Counted from the first letter of the stretch, positions 37,368 through 47,719 are shown. The stretch is DNA of 54,861 nt from Ignavibacteria bacterium (GCA_039933555.1 JBDTNV010000004.1:1-54861); one strand, 5' to 3'. Notes: generated from the sequence alone by a model not told the origin. A program made the numbers and translations.

Positions 37368-38276
37368 TTAGCTTGCTGCATTTATTTTCCCGAGAATTAT
37401 CTCAGCAAGCATATCTGCAGCAGGGGGGTATTTGCGGAGCCAAAGCGCAGGCTCAAAAACTTCCAGCTCACCAAGAGAGAGTTCATTGTTGTTATCCCAC
37501 ATCACATCAACTCTAGCGTAAATGATCCCCGGCCTTGCTTTTTTTACGACCAGTTGTGCAAATGCAATTTCTTCTGCGGTAGGGGAGTAATCTTCAACCG
37601 TACCACCAAAATTTTCCTGAACCCTGAAATCTTTGCCTTTGCCTTTTTTTAATACCGCATGCGTAAACCTGCCGCCAATGACCATATAAGAAACTTCACC
37701 TTTGCCAGAAATACTTTCCTGATATTCCTGCACAAGCATTGATCTGTCTTTTATCAGCTCTTTGAATATCTCTTCGTGTTCCGGAATACTTTCCTTATTC
37801 ATTCTGTAAGTATGCCACGCACCGCCGGATATTGCGGGCTTTAGAATGAATTCACTCCAATTTAGCTCATTTGTAATTTCTTCGAGTGTTCGGGTATCAC
37901 CGGGCTCAATGAAAACTGTTGGAGGAATATTAATCCCCGCTTTTTCAAGCTCAAGCATATAATGCTTATCAATATTCCAGTTAATTATATCAATTGGATT
38001 TATGAATTTTGTGACTTTACCTGCCGATTCAAGCCACGGCGCAAATTCACTGTAACGGTTAAAGTAATCCCAGGGGGTCCTGAAGAGTACATAATTGGTA
38101 TCAGCCCAGTTGAATTCGGGGTTATCCCAGATAGTGCGTGTGACTTTCAATCCATGTTTTTCGAGTGCTTGAGTAAGTATCCTGTCCTCTTCAAGAATAT
38201 TTTCAAGGAACTCATCACCCGGCTCGGCTTTTAAGAATTTTGATGCTGTAAGCAGCGTTATATCAAATTTTGGCAT
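37368..38276 (-). CDS. ATP-grasp protein (RimK/glutathione synthetase-like)
   Basis: RTPWDY, WN.DKHY..EL, KPAISGG, DFRVQ..FGG, YARVD, ELEV.EP. Confidence 0.85.
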   Translation of the reverse strand: MPKFDITLLTASKFLKAEPGDEFLENILEEDRILTQALEKHGLKVTRTIWDNPEFNWADTNYVLFRTPWDYFNRYSEFAPWLESAGKVTKFINPIDIINWNIDKHYMLELEKAGINIPPTVFIEPGDTRTLEEITNELNWSEFILKPAISGGAWHTYRMNKESIPEHEEIFKELIKDRSMLVQEYQESISGKGEVSYMVIGGRFTHAVLKKGKGKDFRVQENFGGTVEDYSPTAEEIAFAQLVVKKARPGIIYARVDVMWDNNNELSLGELEVFEPALWLRKYPPAADMLAEIILGKINAAS

Positions 38277-38961
38277 TTAGAGTTTTTTTATATTTATATA
38301 GTCCAATAATTAACCCCATTATACCAATTGCGAAGCAAACAATCACCCATAAAAAAATATTGTAACCTGTAACACCCGCTCTGTAAATAGCTGTAAAAAG
38401 AAATAAGGAAAGTCCCGTAATTTTCCATATACGCATGTTCTCAAATCTGTTTTGCTGTGGCATTACTGGAGTTTTGTTAATAAGAATTTTCAGCTCATCC
38501 CAATTCCACAGAACTAACAATATATTTGCAATGAGCATTAAGCCGGTAATTAAGGGAGTGCCCTTGAAATCATACGATAAAGTTATAACAAATACGTTTG
38601 CAATGACCGGCAGGAACATTAGGGCACCAAGCTTTGCGTAACGCTGAGTCATAAGCAGGAATCCCGCTAATATTTGCCCAAGTCCGAGGAATTTCCACCA
38701 CAACCCTGACTGATACAGCGTTTCAAACATGTGCCATGGGGAATTTATCGGTTCATTAATTCCATCAATAGTTGTAAACCGCTTACCCTGCAGTTTTACA
38801 ACACTTGCAAACACAAACGCAGCGCCAATAAGATAGCGCGTGTATATCACCAGCAGCTGCAGCCATATTTTTGATTTGAGTTTTTGCAGATAGCTTATTT
38901 TTTTAATTCTTGAGCAATAAATATACCAATCTCCAAAATTTTTATCTATATAAAAGCCCAT
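38263..38961 (-). CDS. DoxX-like membrane protein (start uncertain)
   Basis: TRYLIG.AF..ASVVK, FE.LYQSG.WW.FLG..Q..AG.LL, GAL.FLP...N. Confidence 0.7.
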   Translation of the reverse strand: MGFYIDKNFGDWYIYCSRIKKISYLQKLKSKIWLQLLVIYTRYLIGAAFVFASVVKLQGKRFTTIDGINEPINSPWHMFETLYQSGLWWKFLGLGQILAGFLLMTQRYAKLGALMFLPVIANVFVITLSYDFKGTPLITGLMLIANILLVLWNWDELKILINKTPVMPQQNRFENMRIWKITGLSLFLFTAIYRAGVTGYNIFLWVIVCFAIGIMGLIIGLYKYKKTLNAKI

Positions 38962-38998
38962 ATAAAAACTATATTTGCAATTCTAACTAATCAAATTA

Positions 38999-41110
38999 AT
39001 GTCTAAACCAAACAAATTAATTAACGAAAAATCGCCTTACCTTATTCAGCATGCGTATAATCCGGTGGACTGGCATCCGTGGGGTGAAGAAGCTTTCCAG
39101 AAAGCCAAAGATGAGGATAAACCGATATTTCTTTCCATAGGATACTCCACCTGCTACTGGTGCCACGTTATGGAGCGAGAAGTGTTTGAGAACGAACATA
39201 TTGCAAAGGAAATGAATAAAATATTTGTGAACATAAAAGTCGATAGGGAAGAGCGCCCTGATGTTGACCGTGTATACATGTCTGCACTTCAGGCTATGAC
39301 AGGTTCCGGCGGCTGGCCAATGTCAATGTTCCTTACCACTGAGCTTAAGCCGTTCTACGGCGCAACATATGTACCCCCTACCTCAAAATACGGTTTGCCC
39401 GGGTTTGAGGACTTAATTCATCAGCTGGGTGAATCATGGCTCACCCGCCGTGATGAAATAAATGAGTCAGGTGAGAAGATACTCGAGCATATCCGCGAAG
39501 CATCACAGAATCTAGCTGCTGCAAGTGAGCTGAACAAGGAAATGTTACTCAAAGGCACTCAGCAGTTCAAGAATGGCTTTGATGAAGAGTACGGGGGATT
39601 CGGTGAATCGCCAAAATTCCCGCGGCCGCCGGGCTTGAATTTTCTGCTCCGCGCGTATTACAGATTTGATGATTCTGAATCACTACAAATGATAATCCGC
39701 ACATTGCTGCAAATGTCACGCGGGGGAATGTATGATCACCTGGGCGGGGGATACCACCGCTATTCAGTTGACCGATACTGGCGTGTGCCGCATTTTGAAA
39801 AAATGCTGTATGATCAGGCGCAATTGGCTGTAAATTACCTTGAGGCATACCAAGTGACGGGTGATAATTATTTTGGGGATGTTACAAAAGATATTCTCGC
39901 ATACGTGAGCAGGGTAATGAGAGATAAGAATGGCGGGTTTTATTCCGCTGAAGATGCAGAATCAGCATTAACTGCAGCCGACCCGCACGAAAAAGAAGAA
40001 GGTGCATGTTATGTATGGACTAAGAAAGAAATTGATGAACTGCTGGGCGAAGATGCGGAGATTTTCAATTATTACTACGGCGTAAATGCTCATGGTAATG
40101 CTCCGCAGGGAAGTGATCCGCACAGTGTATTTGTGGAAAAGAATATCCTGTATAAGAAGCATACAATTTCAGAGACCTCGAATAAATTTGAAAGATCAAC
40201 AGACCAGATTAATGATTTACTCGATGAGGCAAAGAAAATATTATTTAAAGTACGCGAAAAACGGCCTAAACCTCATCTTGATGATAAAATTTTAACATCA
40301 TGGAATGGACTCATGATATCGGCATTTGCAAAGTCATATCAGGTATTTAATACCTCAGTATATCTTGAAAAGGCAAAAGGCGCGGCAGATTTTATCATAA
40401 ATACACTATATGATTCTGAAGGCAAAAAACTGCTTCACAGGTACAGGGATGGGGAAGCTAAAATTGATGCTACGCTCGATGATTATTCATTCTTCGTACA
40501 GGGATTAATTGACCTTTACGAAGCATGCTTTGATGAAAAATATTTAAAGATTGCGGTTGAACTTACCGAAAACATGCTATTGGATTTCTATGATGAATCA
40601 GGAGGTGGGTTTTTTGATACTTCAGGCAAAGATAAAAGTATTCTGGTCAGGACGAAGGAGGATTATGATTCAGCAGAGCCGACGGGAAATTCAATTGCCG
40701 TAAATAACCTGCTTAGACTCTCAGCATTTACAGGTAATACCAAGTGGTATGATATGGCATATTCATCAGTACTTGCATTCAGCGGAAAGCTTGAAAGAAT
40801 GCCCTATGCCATGCCGCAAATGCTGGTGGCACTTGATTCACTGCTCTATAAGCCCAAACAAATAATTATTGCAGGTAAAGATAATGATGAAACCGCTTAC
40901 AGAATGCTTCGTGAAGTTTTGTTAAGATATATGCCGGATAAAGTTGTTGTGAAAATTGATCCTGCAATTGCTTCTGCAAGCATTACATTTGCATCAAAAG
41001 TCATTCAGGAAAGTAATGAAACAATGGCTTACGTATGCGAAAATTTTGCATGCAGGCTTCCTGTTAAAACTCCCGGTGAACTGGTAAAAATACTTGATCA
41101 ATCAGCTTGA
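38999..41110 (+). CDS. Thioredoxin-domain / alpha-alpha barrel protein (YyaL, DUF255)
   Basis: [52 protein letters not shown]; TATATTTG box at 38970-38977. Confidence 0.95.
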   Translation: MSKPNKLINEKSPYLIQHAYNPVDWHPWGEEAFQKAKDEDKPIFLSIGYSTCYWCHVMEREVFENEHIAKEMNKIFVNIKVDREERPDVDRVYMSALQAMTGSGGWPMSMFLTTELKPFYGATYVPPTSKYGLPGFEDLIHQLGESWLTRRDEINESGEKILEHIREASQNLAAASELNKEMLLKGTQQFKNGFDEEYGGFGESPKFPRPPGLNFLLRAYYRFDDSESLQMIIRTLLQMSRGGMYDHLGGGYHRYSVDRYWRVPHFEKMLYDQAQLAVNYLEAYQVTGDNYFGDVTKDILAYVSRVMRDKNGGFYSAEDAESALTAADPHEKEEGACYVWTKKEIDELLGEDAEIFNYYYGVNAHGNAPQGSDPHSVFVEKNILYKKHTISETSNKFERSTDQINDLLDEAKKILFKVREKRPKPHLDDKILTSWNGLMISAFAKSYQVFNTSVYLEKAKGAADFIINTLYDSEGKKLLHRYRDGEAKIDATLDDYSFFVQGLIDLYEACFDEKYLKIAVELTENMLLDFYDESGGGFFDTSGKDKSILVRTKEDYDSAEPTGNSIAVNNLLRLSAFTGNTKWYDMAYSSVLAFSGKLERMPYAMPQMLVALDSLLYKPKQIIIAGKDNDETAYRMLREVLLRYMPDKVVVKIDPAIASASITFASKVIQESNETMAYVCENFACRLPVKTPGELVKILDQSA

Positions 41111-41616
41111 AAAATTTTGAACTGAAAGTTAAATGTAAGGATCACAGAAATGCATTAAATACTGTAAAAAAACTTAATGCAAAGTACGAAGGTATCTTAA
41201 AGCAAAAGGACGTTTACTTCAATCTCACACCGGGCAGGCTAAAGCTCAGAACAATAAATAATACAAATCATCAGTTAATATTTTACAAAAGATCAAACCG
41301 CGCATCTGCTAAATTCAGTAATTATTATATTTCTGAAATTACTCATCCAAAGAGGGTGAGGAAATTACTTAAGGAGATCTTCGGAATAAAAGTAATTGTA
41401 AGTAAAACCCGTAAATTATATATTTGGCAAAATGTGAGAATACATATTGATTCAGTGAATTTGCTGGGAAAATTTATAGAGTTTGAAGTTGTATGCAAGT
41501 CTATCAAAGATGAAAGAGAATCACGGGAAAAAATGAAACATCTGAGAAAAGTATTTAAGATACCCGAGAGTAATATTTTGAAGTCATCTTATTCAGATAT
41601 GTTAATTAAAAAATAA
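41107..41616 (+). CDS. CYTH domain protein (class IV adenylate cyclase-like)
   Basis: N-terminal ExK (NFELK), Q.DVYF, GRLKLR, K.R, RIH.D.V..LG.F.E.E, SYSD. Confidence 0.85.
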   Translation: MKNFELKVKCKDHRNALNTVKKLNAKYEGILKQKDVYFNLTPGRLKLRTINNTNHQLIFYKRSNRASAKFSNYYISEITHPKRVRKLLKEIFGIKVIVSKTRKLYIWQNVRIHIDSVNLLGKFIEFEVVCKSIKDERESREKMKHLRKVFKIPESNILKSSYSDMLIKK

Positions 41617-41632
41617 GAGAAGGGAGTATAAT

Positions 41633-41947
41633 ATGTTTTTATGTCAATGGTCACTTGATATTGTTTTTGGAAAGCAGGGTGAGGCTCTTAAAATCATTAA
41701 AGCATGGGGCGCTGAAAAGATGAAAAGCTCCGGGTTTGCTAAATCATCCAATAACAGGGTCTTCACAGGGTACATAGGAGAAACTGCAGCACATATTGTT
41801 GATGAATATGTGTTTAACTCACTTGACGATTTTGAAAAGGCAATCTCGGATATGGGGCAGCCGCAGTTTAAGCCCTTTGCTGATGAGATTTCAAAGATAA
41901 TAATCCCGGGCTCACAAAAATGGCAAATCTACAAGATTGTGGAATAA
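41633..41947 (+). CDS. Hypothetical protein (NIPSNAP-like alpha-beta barrel)
   Basis: SD AAGGGAG upstream; F.SL.DFE...IIPGSQKWQIYKIV pattern. Confidence 0.7.
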   Translation: MFLCQWSLDIVFGKQGEALKIIKAWGAEKMKSSGFAKSSNNRVFTGYIGETAAHIVDEYVFNSLDDFEKAISDMGQPQFKPFADEISKIIIPGSQKWQIYKIVE

Positions 41948-42036
41948 TGTAGTAGCCTAAAAGTATTACCAGAAAATAGCTAGTTTAGTTATGGTATAAG
42001 CGGGAATTGTGTTGCATATTGATGCGGGGTGATAAA

Positions 42037-42510
42037 ATGAGAAACATAACAACAATTCTAATTTTAGTTTTATTTTTAGCTTTGATAGCTGCATGCGATG
42101 GTCCGGTTGATCCCGGCAGGTCCGGCGGCAAAATGACCGGGTACATTACTCATACAGATTCCATACTTTATATGTCCGGAGGATACTACTCTGTTTCAAT
42201 TTATGATGCCGATAGTTCAAATCCATTCAACAGGGTGCCGGTGAGAACTGATTCGCTGAATCTGCATAGAATGGACTGGAGATATCAGACAACATATTCA
42301 ATGGATGATATTCCTGCGGGGAGATACTGCATTGCATCTACGTGGTCAAGTTACCCAAGAGTTGCCAATGAAATACCTATAGTGCTTGGTACTTATGGAT
42401 GTGATACAACCAGGAACTGCACAGATTACGGAATAGTAATATATCCAAATTATGAGGGGCATTTCAGAAATATAATTTCCTGGACGGATCCTACTAAAAG
42501 GCTGAATTGA
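42037..42510 (+). CDS. Putative lipoprotein
   Basis: MRNITTILILVLFLALIAA-C lipobox; start at ATG 42037. Confidence 0.75.
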   Translation: MRNITTILILVLFLALIAACDGPVDPGRSGGKMTGYITHTDSILYMSGGYYSVSIYDADSSNPFNRVPVRTDSLNLHRMDWRYQTTYSMDDIPAGRYCIASTWSSYPRVANEIPIVLGTYGCDTTRNCTDYGIVIYPNYEGHFRNIISWTDPTKRLN

Positions 42511-42525
42511 AAAAATTATTAATGC

Positions 42526-42556
42526 AAAAAGGCGGAATACAAATTCCGCCTTTTTT
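42526..42556. terminator. Bidirectional intrinsic terminator
   Basis: AAAAA-GGCGGAAT-acaa-ATTCCGCC-TTTTTT between convergent genes. Confidence 0.9.
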
Positions 42557-42606
42557 ATTTTGTGACGTCATTTTTGAAAATATAATACTCTTTACATTGT
42601 AATATT

Positions 42607-42801
42607 TTAATTTTCAGCTATGATACACTTGAAAATATTTTTTAGTATGTATGCTCCCGAAGGCTGCCTGAGGTGTGATATCGCTTTACTTACCGTTTCC
42701 CTCACCTTTTCTTCACCCGCTTTATTTACGGCAATGGCAACCCAGTTTTCCGCGTAAGTACCCCATAGCTTTCCCTGTAACTCAGATGTTACCATGTTCA
42801 T
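42607..42801 (-). pseudogene. Internally deleted class I SAM-dependent methyltransferase remnant
   Basis: N-terminus (SELQGKLWG..A.NW) fused in frame to C-terminus (AGEEKVRE.V..A....RQP.G.Y.L.N.F..IIA); no SAM-binding core. Confidence 0.6.
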
Positions 42802-42806
42802 TTGCT

Positions 42807-43184
42807 TTATTTATTTTCAGCAGAAGTGTACGGATGTTCCTTAAGCTCAACGAGCAGAAATTTTATTGTTTTATCACCAATGTTTTCTGTCTGATGCGGC
42901 CTTTCGGGGTCACCGTAACCTGAATCGCCTGCTTTTAGCTCCATTTCTTCTGTTTTACCGTCTTTGTAATATACTTTAATCTTGCCATCGGTAATTGCGT
43001 AGAAGAAACTTGCCGGGTGAGTGTGAAATTCACTTTTCTTACCGGGCTCTATCGTTGCGATCGTACTACGAAGTAACGTAGTATCAGAAATAATGAGATT
43101 CATTTCAGGGTTAACTTTAGCCCAATCCTGTGAGTATAAACTTACTGAAAGCAGGATGAGTATAAATGCCAGTGTTGTTTTCAT
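42807..43184 (-). CDS. Exported cupin domain protein
   Basis: Signal peptide, PG....FHTHP, G.....PH..EN.G, LVELK. Confidence 0.85.
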   Translation of the reverse strand: MKTTLAFILILLSVSLYSQDWAKVNPEMNLIISDTTLLRSTIATIEPGKKSEFHTHPASFFYAITDGKIKVYYKDGKTEEMELKAGDSGYGDPERPHQTENIGDKTIKFLLVELKEHPYTSAENK

Positions 43185-43208
43185 ATCTTTATTTAATTTA
43201 AGTTATTG

Positions 43209-44582
43209 TTATACCGGTTTTATATTCTGGTTCACTCTGAATAGGTTGTCCGGGTCATATTTTTTCTTAATTTTTACCAGTCTTTCATAATTCTTTCCAT
43301 AAGTAGCTTTAATCCTTTCCTCGCCTTCATCCATCATAAAGTTTACATAAGCCCCGCCTGCAGAATACGGATGCAGGGCATCATAATATTCCTTTGTCCA
43401 TTTTGTAATTTTATCTTTATTGGCAGCATCAGGATCTACCCCAACAATTACCTCCGCCCACTTTGCTTTCCTGTATGCCCATGGGGTATCACTTTCACCA
43501 ACTCTTCCTGCTGCTCCATCAATCGGATACAGGTGCATGGATGAATGCATTGTAGGTATTTTTAAACCCTGCTTATAGTGCTCTTCGATAGCTTCATCTG
43601 TCAGCTCATTTACAAAATCAGCTCTCCAGTACCATTGGTAACCTGCAGGGTACAATCCGTCAAAAGCGCTTTGAAGTGAGGGATGAGGCATTGCACCCAG
43701 ACCATACAAAGCAGGAGGGCCGAAAGCTTTTACAGGCGCAAGCAATTTATCTGCATTTTCCTGTGAGCCGTTGTAACACCAAACAATTCCGCACATTTTC
43801 TTCAGGTGCAATTCCTCGGGAAAATCGGGAACCGGAGGAACAATAATGAACGCAAAAAATCCGTTAAGCTCATCTGGAGCTTTGGTAATAAAATCCCTGT
43901 AAAATTTCATTACCTCAACAGTTTTTTCAATCGGCCATAATGTAGGTCCTCCAACAATCATTTTAACCTGGTGAAGCCTGAAAAGAAATGAAGTCACTAT
44001 CCCAAAGTTACCACCACCACCCCTGATAGCCCAAAAGAGATCCGGATTTTCATCAGCGCTTGCTTTAAGAAAGCTGCCGTCAGCCAAAACCATATCTGCT
44101 TCAAGCAGGTTATCGATCGATAGACCGCATTTGCGTGTGATATGACCAATCCCGCCGCCCAGGGTTAAACCGCCTACACCGGTGGTTGAAATAATCCCGC
44201 TCGGGGCTGCAAGGCCGTGTACATGAGTTGCATGATCAACATCACCCCATGTGCTTCCTCCTCCTACTCTAACAGTTTTTTCCTTAACATCAACCCGTGT
44301 ATATTTTATTCCGGATAGATCAATGACAAGCCCGTCATCACATATACCAAGTCCTCCTCCGTTATGTCCTCCGCCTCTTACTGCAATGAGTATTTTATTG
44401 TTCCGGCCAAAGTTAACTGCTGTTATTACATCAGCAGCATCTGCGCAATAGGCTATCATTGCCGGTTTTTTATCTATCATGCCGTTATACACTTTTCGTG
44501 ATTCGTCATACCCGGGGTCTCCTTTTGCAACAAGCCTCCCGCGAAGGCCCGATCTTAATTCCTCGATCTTTTTGATATCCAT
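43209..44582 (-). CDS. FAD-binding oxidoreductase (VAO/BBE family)
   Basis: RGGGHN covalent-FAD His motif, GVGGLTLGGG, DLFWAIRGGGGNFGIVT, BBE tail YVNF...YDPDNLF. Confidence 0.95.
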   Translation of the reverse strand: MDIKKIEELRSGLRGRLVAKGDPGYDESRKVYNGMIDKKPAMIAYCADAADVITAVNFGRNNKILIAVRGGGHNGGGLGICDDGLVIDLSGIKYTRVDVKEKTVRVGGGSTWGDVDHATHVHGLAAPSGIISTTGVGGLTLGGGIGHITRKCGLSIDNLLEADMVLADGSFLKASADENPDLFWAIRGGGGNFGIVTSFLFRLHQVKMIVGGPTLWPIEKTVEVMKFYRDFITKAPDELNGFFAFIIVPPVPDFPEELHLKKMCGIVWCYNGSQENADKLLAPVKAFGPPALYGLGAMPHPSLQSAFDGLYPAGYQWYWRADFVNELTDEAIEEHYKQGLKIPTMHSSMHLYPIDGAAGRVGESDTPWAYRKAKWAEVIVGVDPDAANKDKITKWTKEYYDALHPYSAGGAYVNFMMDEGEERIKATYGKNYERLVKIKKKYDPDNLFRVNQNIKPV

Positions 44583-44615
44583 TTTGAATATTCTCCTTAA
44601 TTCTTTCTGTTTTCG

Positions 44616-44879
44616 TTATTCCGTTTCTTCGTGAAATTCCTGTATTTTCTCAGGTGTGAATTTTGAAAGCTTAACAACTTTTGCCTTTGGCCTTAAGAAG
44701 GATGGGACAGCATAAAGCGCCTGCTCTTCACTTTCGGCATCAACAATTGCCCAGCCGGTACAAACTCCGCTCTCACAGCCCCAGTCAAAGTGCGTAATGT
44801 GTCCGTGTACTACAAATTCATCCAGCACCCTCAGGCATTCTTCCCTGTTATGTGATGTTTCAACCATGTACCTGTTCAT
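44616..44879 (-). CDS. Conserved hypothetical protein (small ferredoxin-like fold)
   Basis: 87 aa, H..EEC, WGC..G, W..V.AES.E.A...VP. Confidence 0.75.
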   Translation of the reverse strand: MNRYMVETSHNREECLRVLDEFVVHGHITHFDWGCESGVCTGWAIVDAESEEQALYAVPSFLRPKAKVVKLSKFTPEKIQEFHEETE

Positions 44880-44902
44880 ATAAGAAGTTTCCTTTCTATT
44901 TA

Positions 44903-45298
44903 TTATAATGATTTTGCATAATCGGCCATTCCCTGGAAATCTATAACAACAGCCGGTTCATTTCCAACTACCCATGCATCATGCCCGGGAGGAATACAGG
45001 AAATATCCCCAGCTTTACAGTCAAATTCAGTACCGTCATCCATTTTAATCCTCAGTACTCCTGAAACATGATATTGAAAGTGCGGCGCTTCGCAGCTTTT
45101 TGTTTTCGCCACAGGCTGAACTGAATCAGACCATTTCCATCCGGGACTGCATGTTGCCTTACCTATTATTTTATCTCCGATCTTGATTAGCTCAAGTTTT
45201 CCCAGCGGAAATTCCCGGACTTCCTCCGGTTTTCTAAAATCCTTTACTTCAGCATTCTTAGTTAAGACGAGTGTATTGCCGTTTACTGTGTTTTTCAT
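44903..45298 (-). CDS. Cupin domain protein
   Basis: PGWKWS, SCEAPH, IPPGHDAWVVG.E. Confidence 0.9.
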   Translation of the reverse strand: MKNTVNGNTLVLTKNAEVKDFRKPEEVREFPLGKLELIKIGDKIIGKATCSPGWKWSDSVQPVAKTKSCEAPHFQYHVSGVLRIKMDDGTEFDCKAGDISCIPPGHDAWVVGNEPAVVIDFQGMADYAKSL

Positions 45299-45348
45299 TT
45301 TCTCTTTATTTGTTTTAGTTTGATTAATAAATTTGCTTTGTTAAAGAA

Positions 45349-45648
45349 TTATTCCACAATGTTTAATATTTCCCTGCTGGCTGATTCAACCAGCGGAATA
45401 AATTTCTGGTACCATTTCTGCCAATCTTCAGCACCCAGACCCTGCTTCATACTGTTTTCCCAGTCGGCTAGTGAATTCCATTCACTTTCAAGTACGAGGG
45501 TGTATGAATGTCCCGTTACAAGATCCGTTAATGCCCGGGTTTTATCAAATCCATATTTCCTGTTCAGCTCTCGTGCGTCATTTAAAAGAACTTTTGCGTC
45601 TTTTGCTTTACCGAATTTGAGGTGAAAAATATCTCTTACTAATATCAT
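45349..45648 (-). CDS. NIPSNAP-like protein
   Basis: MI.VRD.F..KFGKAK.A, R.LTD..G..YTLVLE, WYQKF.PLV. Confidence 0.75.
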   Translation of the reverse strand: MILVRDIFHLKFGKAKDAKVLLNDARELNRKYGFDKTRALTDLVTGHSYTLVLESEWNSLADWENSMKQGLGAEDWQKWYQKFIPLVESASREILNIVE

Positions 45649-45908
45649 GTTTTAATTCCTTTCTGAATTATTTTGTTATTTTTTATGGTTTCTCTTTTTA
45701 ATATTGCTCTTAATTGTTTTCTCAATTCATGTGTATCCTTGTGCCCGTGTTCTTCAATTGCATGTGTTAAAGCGGTTTTAAAAACTTCCTTCTTACTGCC
45801 GGAAATATATAATGAGCAGTCGTTTTCGCTTGGCATATCTCTGCAGTCCACAAATACCCTGGCTTTAGATTTCCGTTTAAATTTCTTTCTAACTTTTTGC
45901 TGATCCAA
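45645..45908 (-). CDS. DUF1059 domain-containing protein
   Basis: DCRD.PSE.DC...ISG...EV......HA...HGH; start uncertain (TTG). Confidence 0.8.
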   Translation of the reverse strand: MDQQKVRKKFKRKSKARVFVDCRDMPSENDCSLYISGSKKEVFKTALTHAIEEHGHKDTHELRKQLRAILKRETIKNNKIIQKGIKT

Positions 45909-45991
45909 ATTGTATCAGATTTGATCTGCCTTAAATTTTAGATGCAAAATAGAATCTGCCGGCAAGAAAGACAAAGAATTCTTTTCTCTTT

Positions 45992-46242
45992 TGTTATAAA
46001 AATATATTGATGTTATAGAGCTAAGAAATTCCATGAAGGTCTCAAAAGCAATTGTATTTCAAAATAATAGCAAAAGATCGCCGGACATTTTTCCCGATTG
46101 TTATAACTGAAAGCATGACGGAATTTATATCAAAAATGTTATAATTAAATTGTGCGATTTTTCAATCAAATTAATCAATAATGTTGATTTTCAGGTAAAA
46201 AACCGCTTTATTGGTTTTTATAATTGCAGAAATTGTTATAAT
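45992..46242 (+). promoter_or_regulatory. Five dispersed TGTTATA motifs in divergent intergenic region
   Basis: TGTTATA at 45992, 46011, 46099, 46137 and 46234. Confidence 0.5.
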
Positions 46243-46252
46243 TTAACTGACA

Positions 46253-47719
46253 ATGTTAAAGAGTAAATTCATAGACCTGGTAAAGTCGTTTTCCAAGGAA
46301 GAGCTGAAGCAGTTCAGGGATTTTGTAAACTCACCATTTCACAATTCAAATAAAAATGTAATAAAGCTTTATGATATCATCAGGAAATATCAGCCTGATT
46401 TCAGCTCTCCATTGATCGAAAAGGAAAAACTTTTTTCCAGGATATATCCCGGGAAAAAGTATAATGATACTGTTATAAGGATATTACTTTCAGACCTGAT
46501 CAAACTGGGTGAGGATTTTTTGATACTTAAGAAAACAATGATTGACACTTTTGGTGATAAGCTGACATTACTGGAAGAATTAAAAGATAGGGGGCTTGAC
46601 AGCCTGTACCTGACAAACCACAAAGATACACTTAAGAAACTAAGCGCAATGGAAGATAAGAGAACAAGATATTTTTCTCTTTTCGAGCTTGAAGTGGTAA
46701 ATGTTGATTTTTATTTAAGAAGAGATAAACAGCAGCAGATCGTACAGAATATTAATGAAAGGTCTGAAAATCTTATTTATTTTATGCTGATTGAAATAGT
46801 AAGGAATATTCATGACCTGATAATAAACGAAAAAACTTTCAATGCGAAATATGATTTCAGCCTGGCATATGAATTCATGAAGAACTTTGATTTTAAAGCT
46901 ATACTTGAAAAACTTAAGACCAAGAGAGCTGAGCATTACGATATTATCAATATATACTATAATCTGTTAAATGCACTGGTTGAGGAAAATGATGATAAGT
47001 ATTTCGATATTTTCAAGGAGTCAGTTGAAAATGTTATGAAATTGTTGACTAAAGATGATAAGCATCACTTTCTGCAGTATCTTGAAACTTGCTGTTTAAT
47101 GAGAATGAAAAATAACCCGGATAAATACAGGAAAGAAATATTTCACGTATATGAGCTTATGATGGAATTCGGTATATACTCGTATGGGACAGCAGAAATG
47201 ACCGCGCAGAAATTCAAAAATATTTTTATTGCGGCAGTAAACATAAAAGAACTTAAATGGGCAGAAAATTTCTGTTCAAAGTATATTCCAAATGTGCAGT
47301 CTGAATACAGGGATAGTATGCAGTATTACAGCTCAGCTATACTGAATTTTCTCAAAAAAGATTTCCTGAAGGCTCTGGCTGATCTGAATAAAGTAAAAAA
47401 TGATTATTTCATTCTTAAGCTTGATATCAAAAGCTGGACACTTAAAATTTATTACGAACTTGAATATATTGAACAGGCCCAATCTCATATTGATTCATAC
47501 AGACATTTTCTCTCAAAGAATTTATCAATTGCACCACAGCTTAAACAAAGACATCTAAGTTATCTTAAGTTTACAACAGACCTGATGAGACTTAGCGCAA
47601 ATCCTGATAAATTTGCAGCAGAACTGGTTCTGATGGAACTTTCAAACAACAATAATGTGGTGCACAAAGACTGGATAAATGAAAAGTTAACAGATTTGAA
47701 AACAAAGTGGCAAGGTTAA
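46253..47719 (+). CDS. Uncharacterised helical protein; putative wHTH-TPR transcriptional regulator
   Basis: 488 aa, soluble; N-terminal FSKEELKQFRDFVNSPFHN, wHTH-like KEKLFSRIYPGKKYNDTVIRILLSDL, TPR-like C-terminal helices. Confidence 0.6.
   Translation: MLKSKFIDLVKSFSKEELKQFRDFVNSPFHNSNKNVIKLYDIIRKYQPDFSSPLIEKEKLFSRIYPGKKYNDTVIRILLSDLIKLGEDFLILKKTMIDTFGDKLTLLEELKDRGLDSLYLTNHKDTLKKLSAMEDKRTRYFSLFELEVVNVDFYLRRDKQQQIVQNINERSENLIYFMLIEIVRNIHDLIINEKTFNAKYDFSLAYEFMKNFDFKAILEKLKTKRAEHYDIINIYYNLLNALVEENDDKYFDIFKESVENVMKLLTKDDKHHFLQYLETCCLMRMKNNPDKYRKEIFHVYELMMEFGIYSYGTAEMTAQKFKNIFIAAVNIKELKWAENFCSKYIPNVQSEYRDSMQYYSSAILNFLKKDFLKALADLNKVKNDYFILKLDIKSWTLKIYYELEYIEQAQSHIDSYRHFLSKNLSIAPQLKQRHLSYLKFTTDLMRLSANPDKFAAELVLMELSNNNNVVHKDWINEKLTDLKTKWQG

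Noticed and set aside
29430-38961. Long run of small co-oriented accessory genes as an integron cassette array
   Set aside because: No integrase and no recurring attC-like RYYYAAC...GTTRRRY palindromes between genes; several genes abut or have their own promoters
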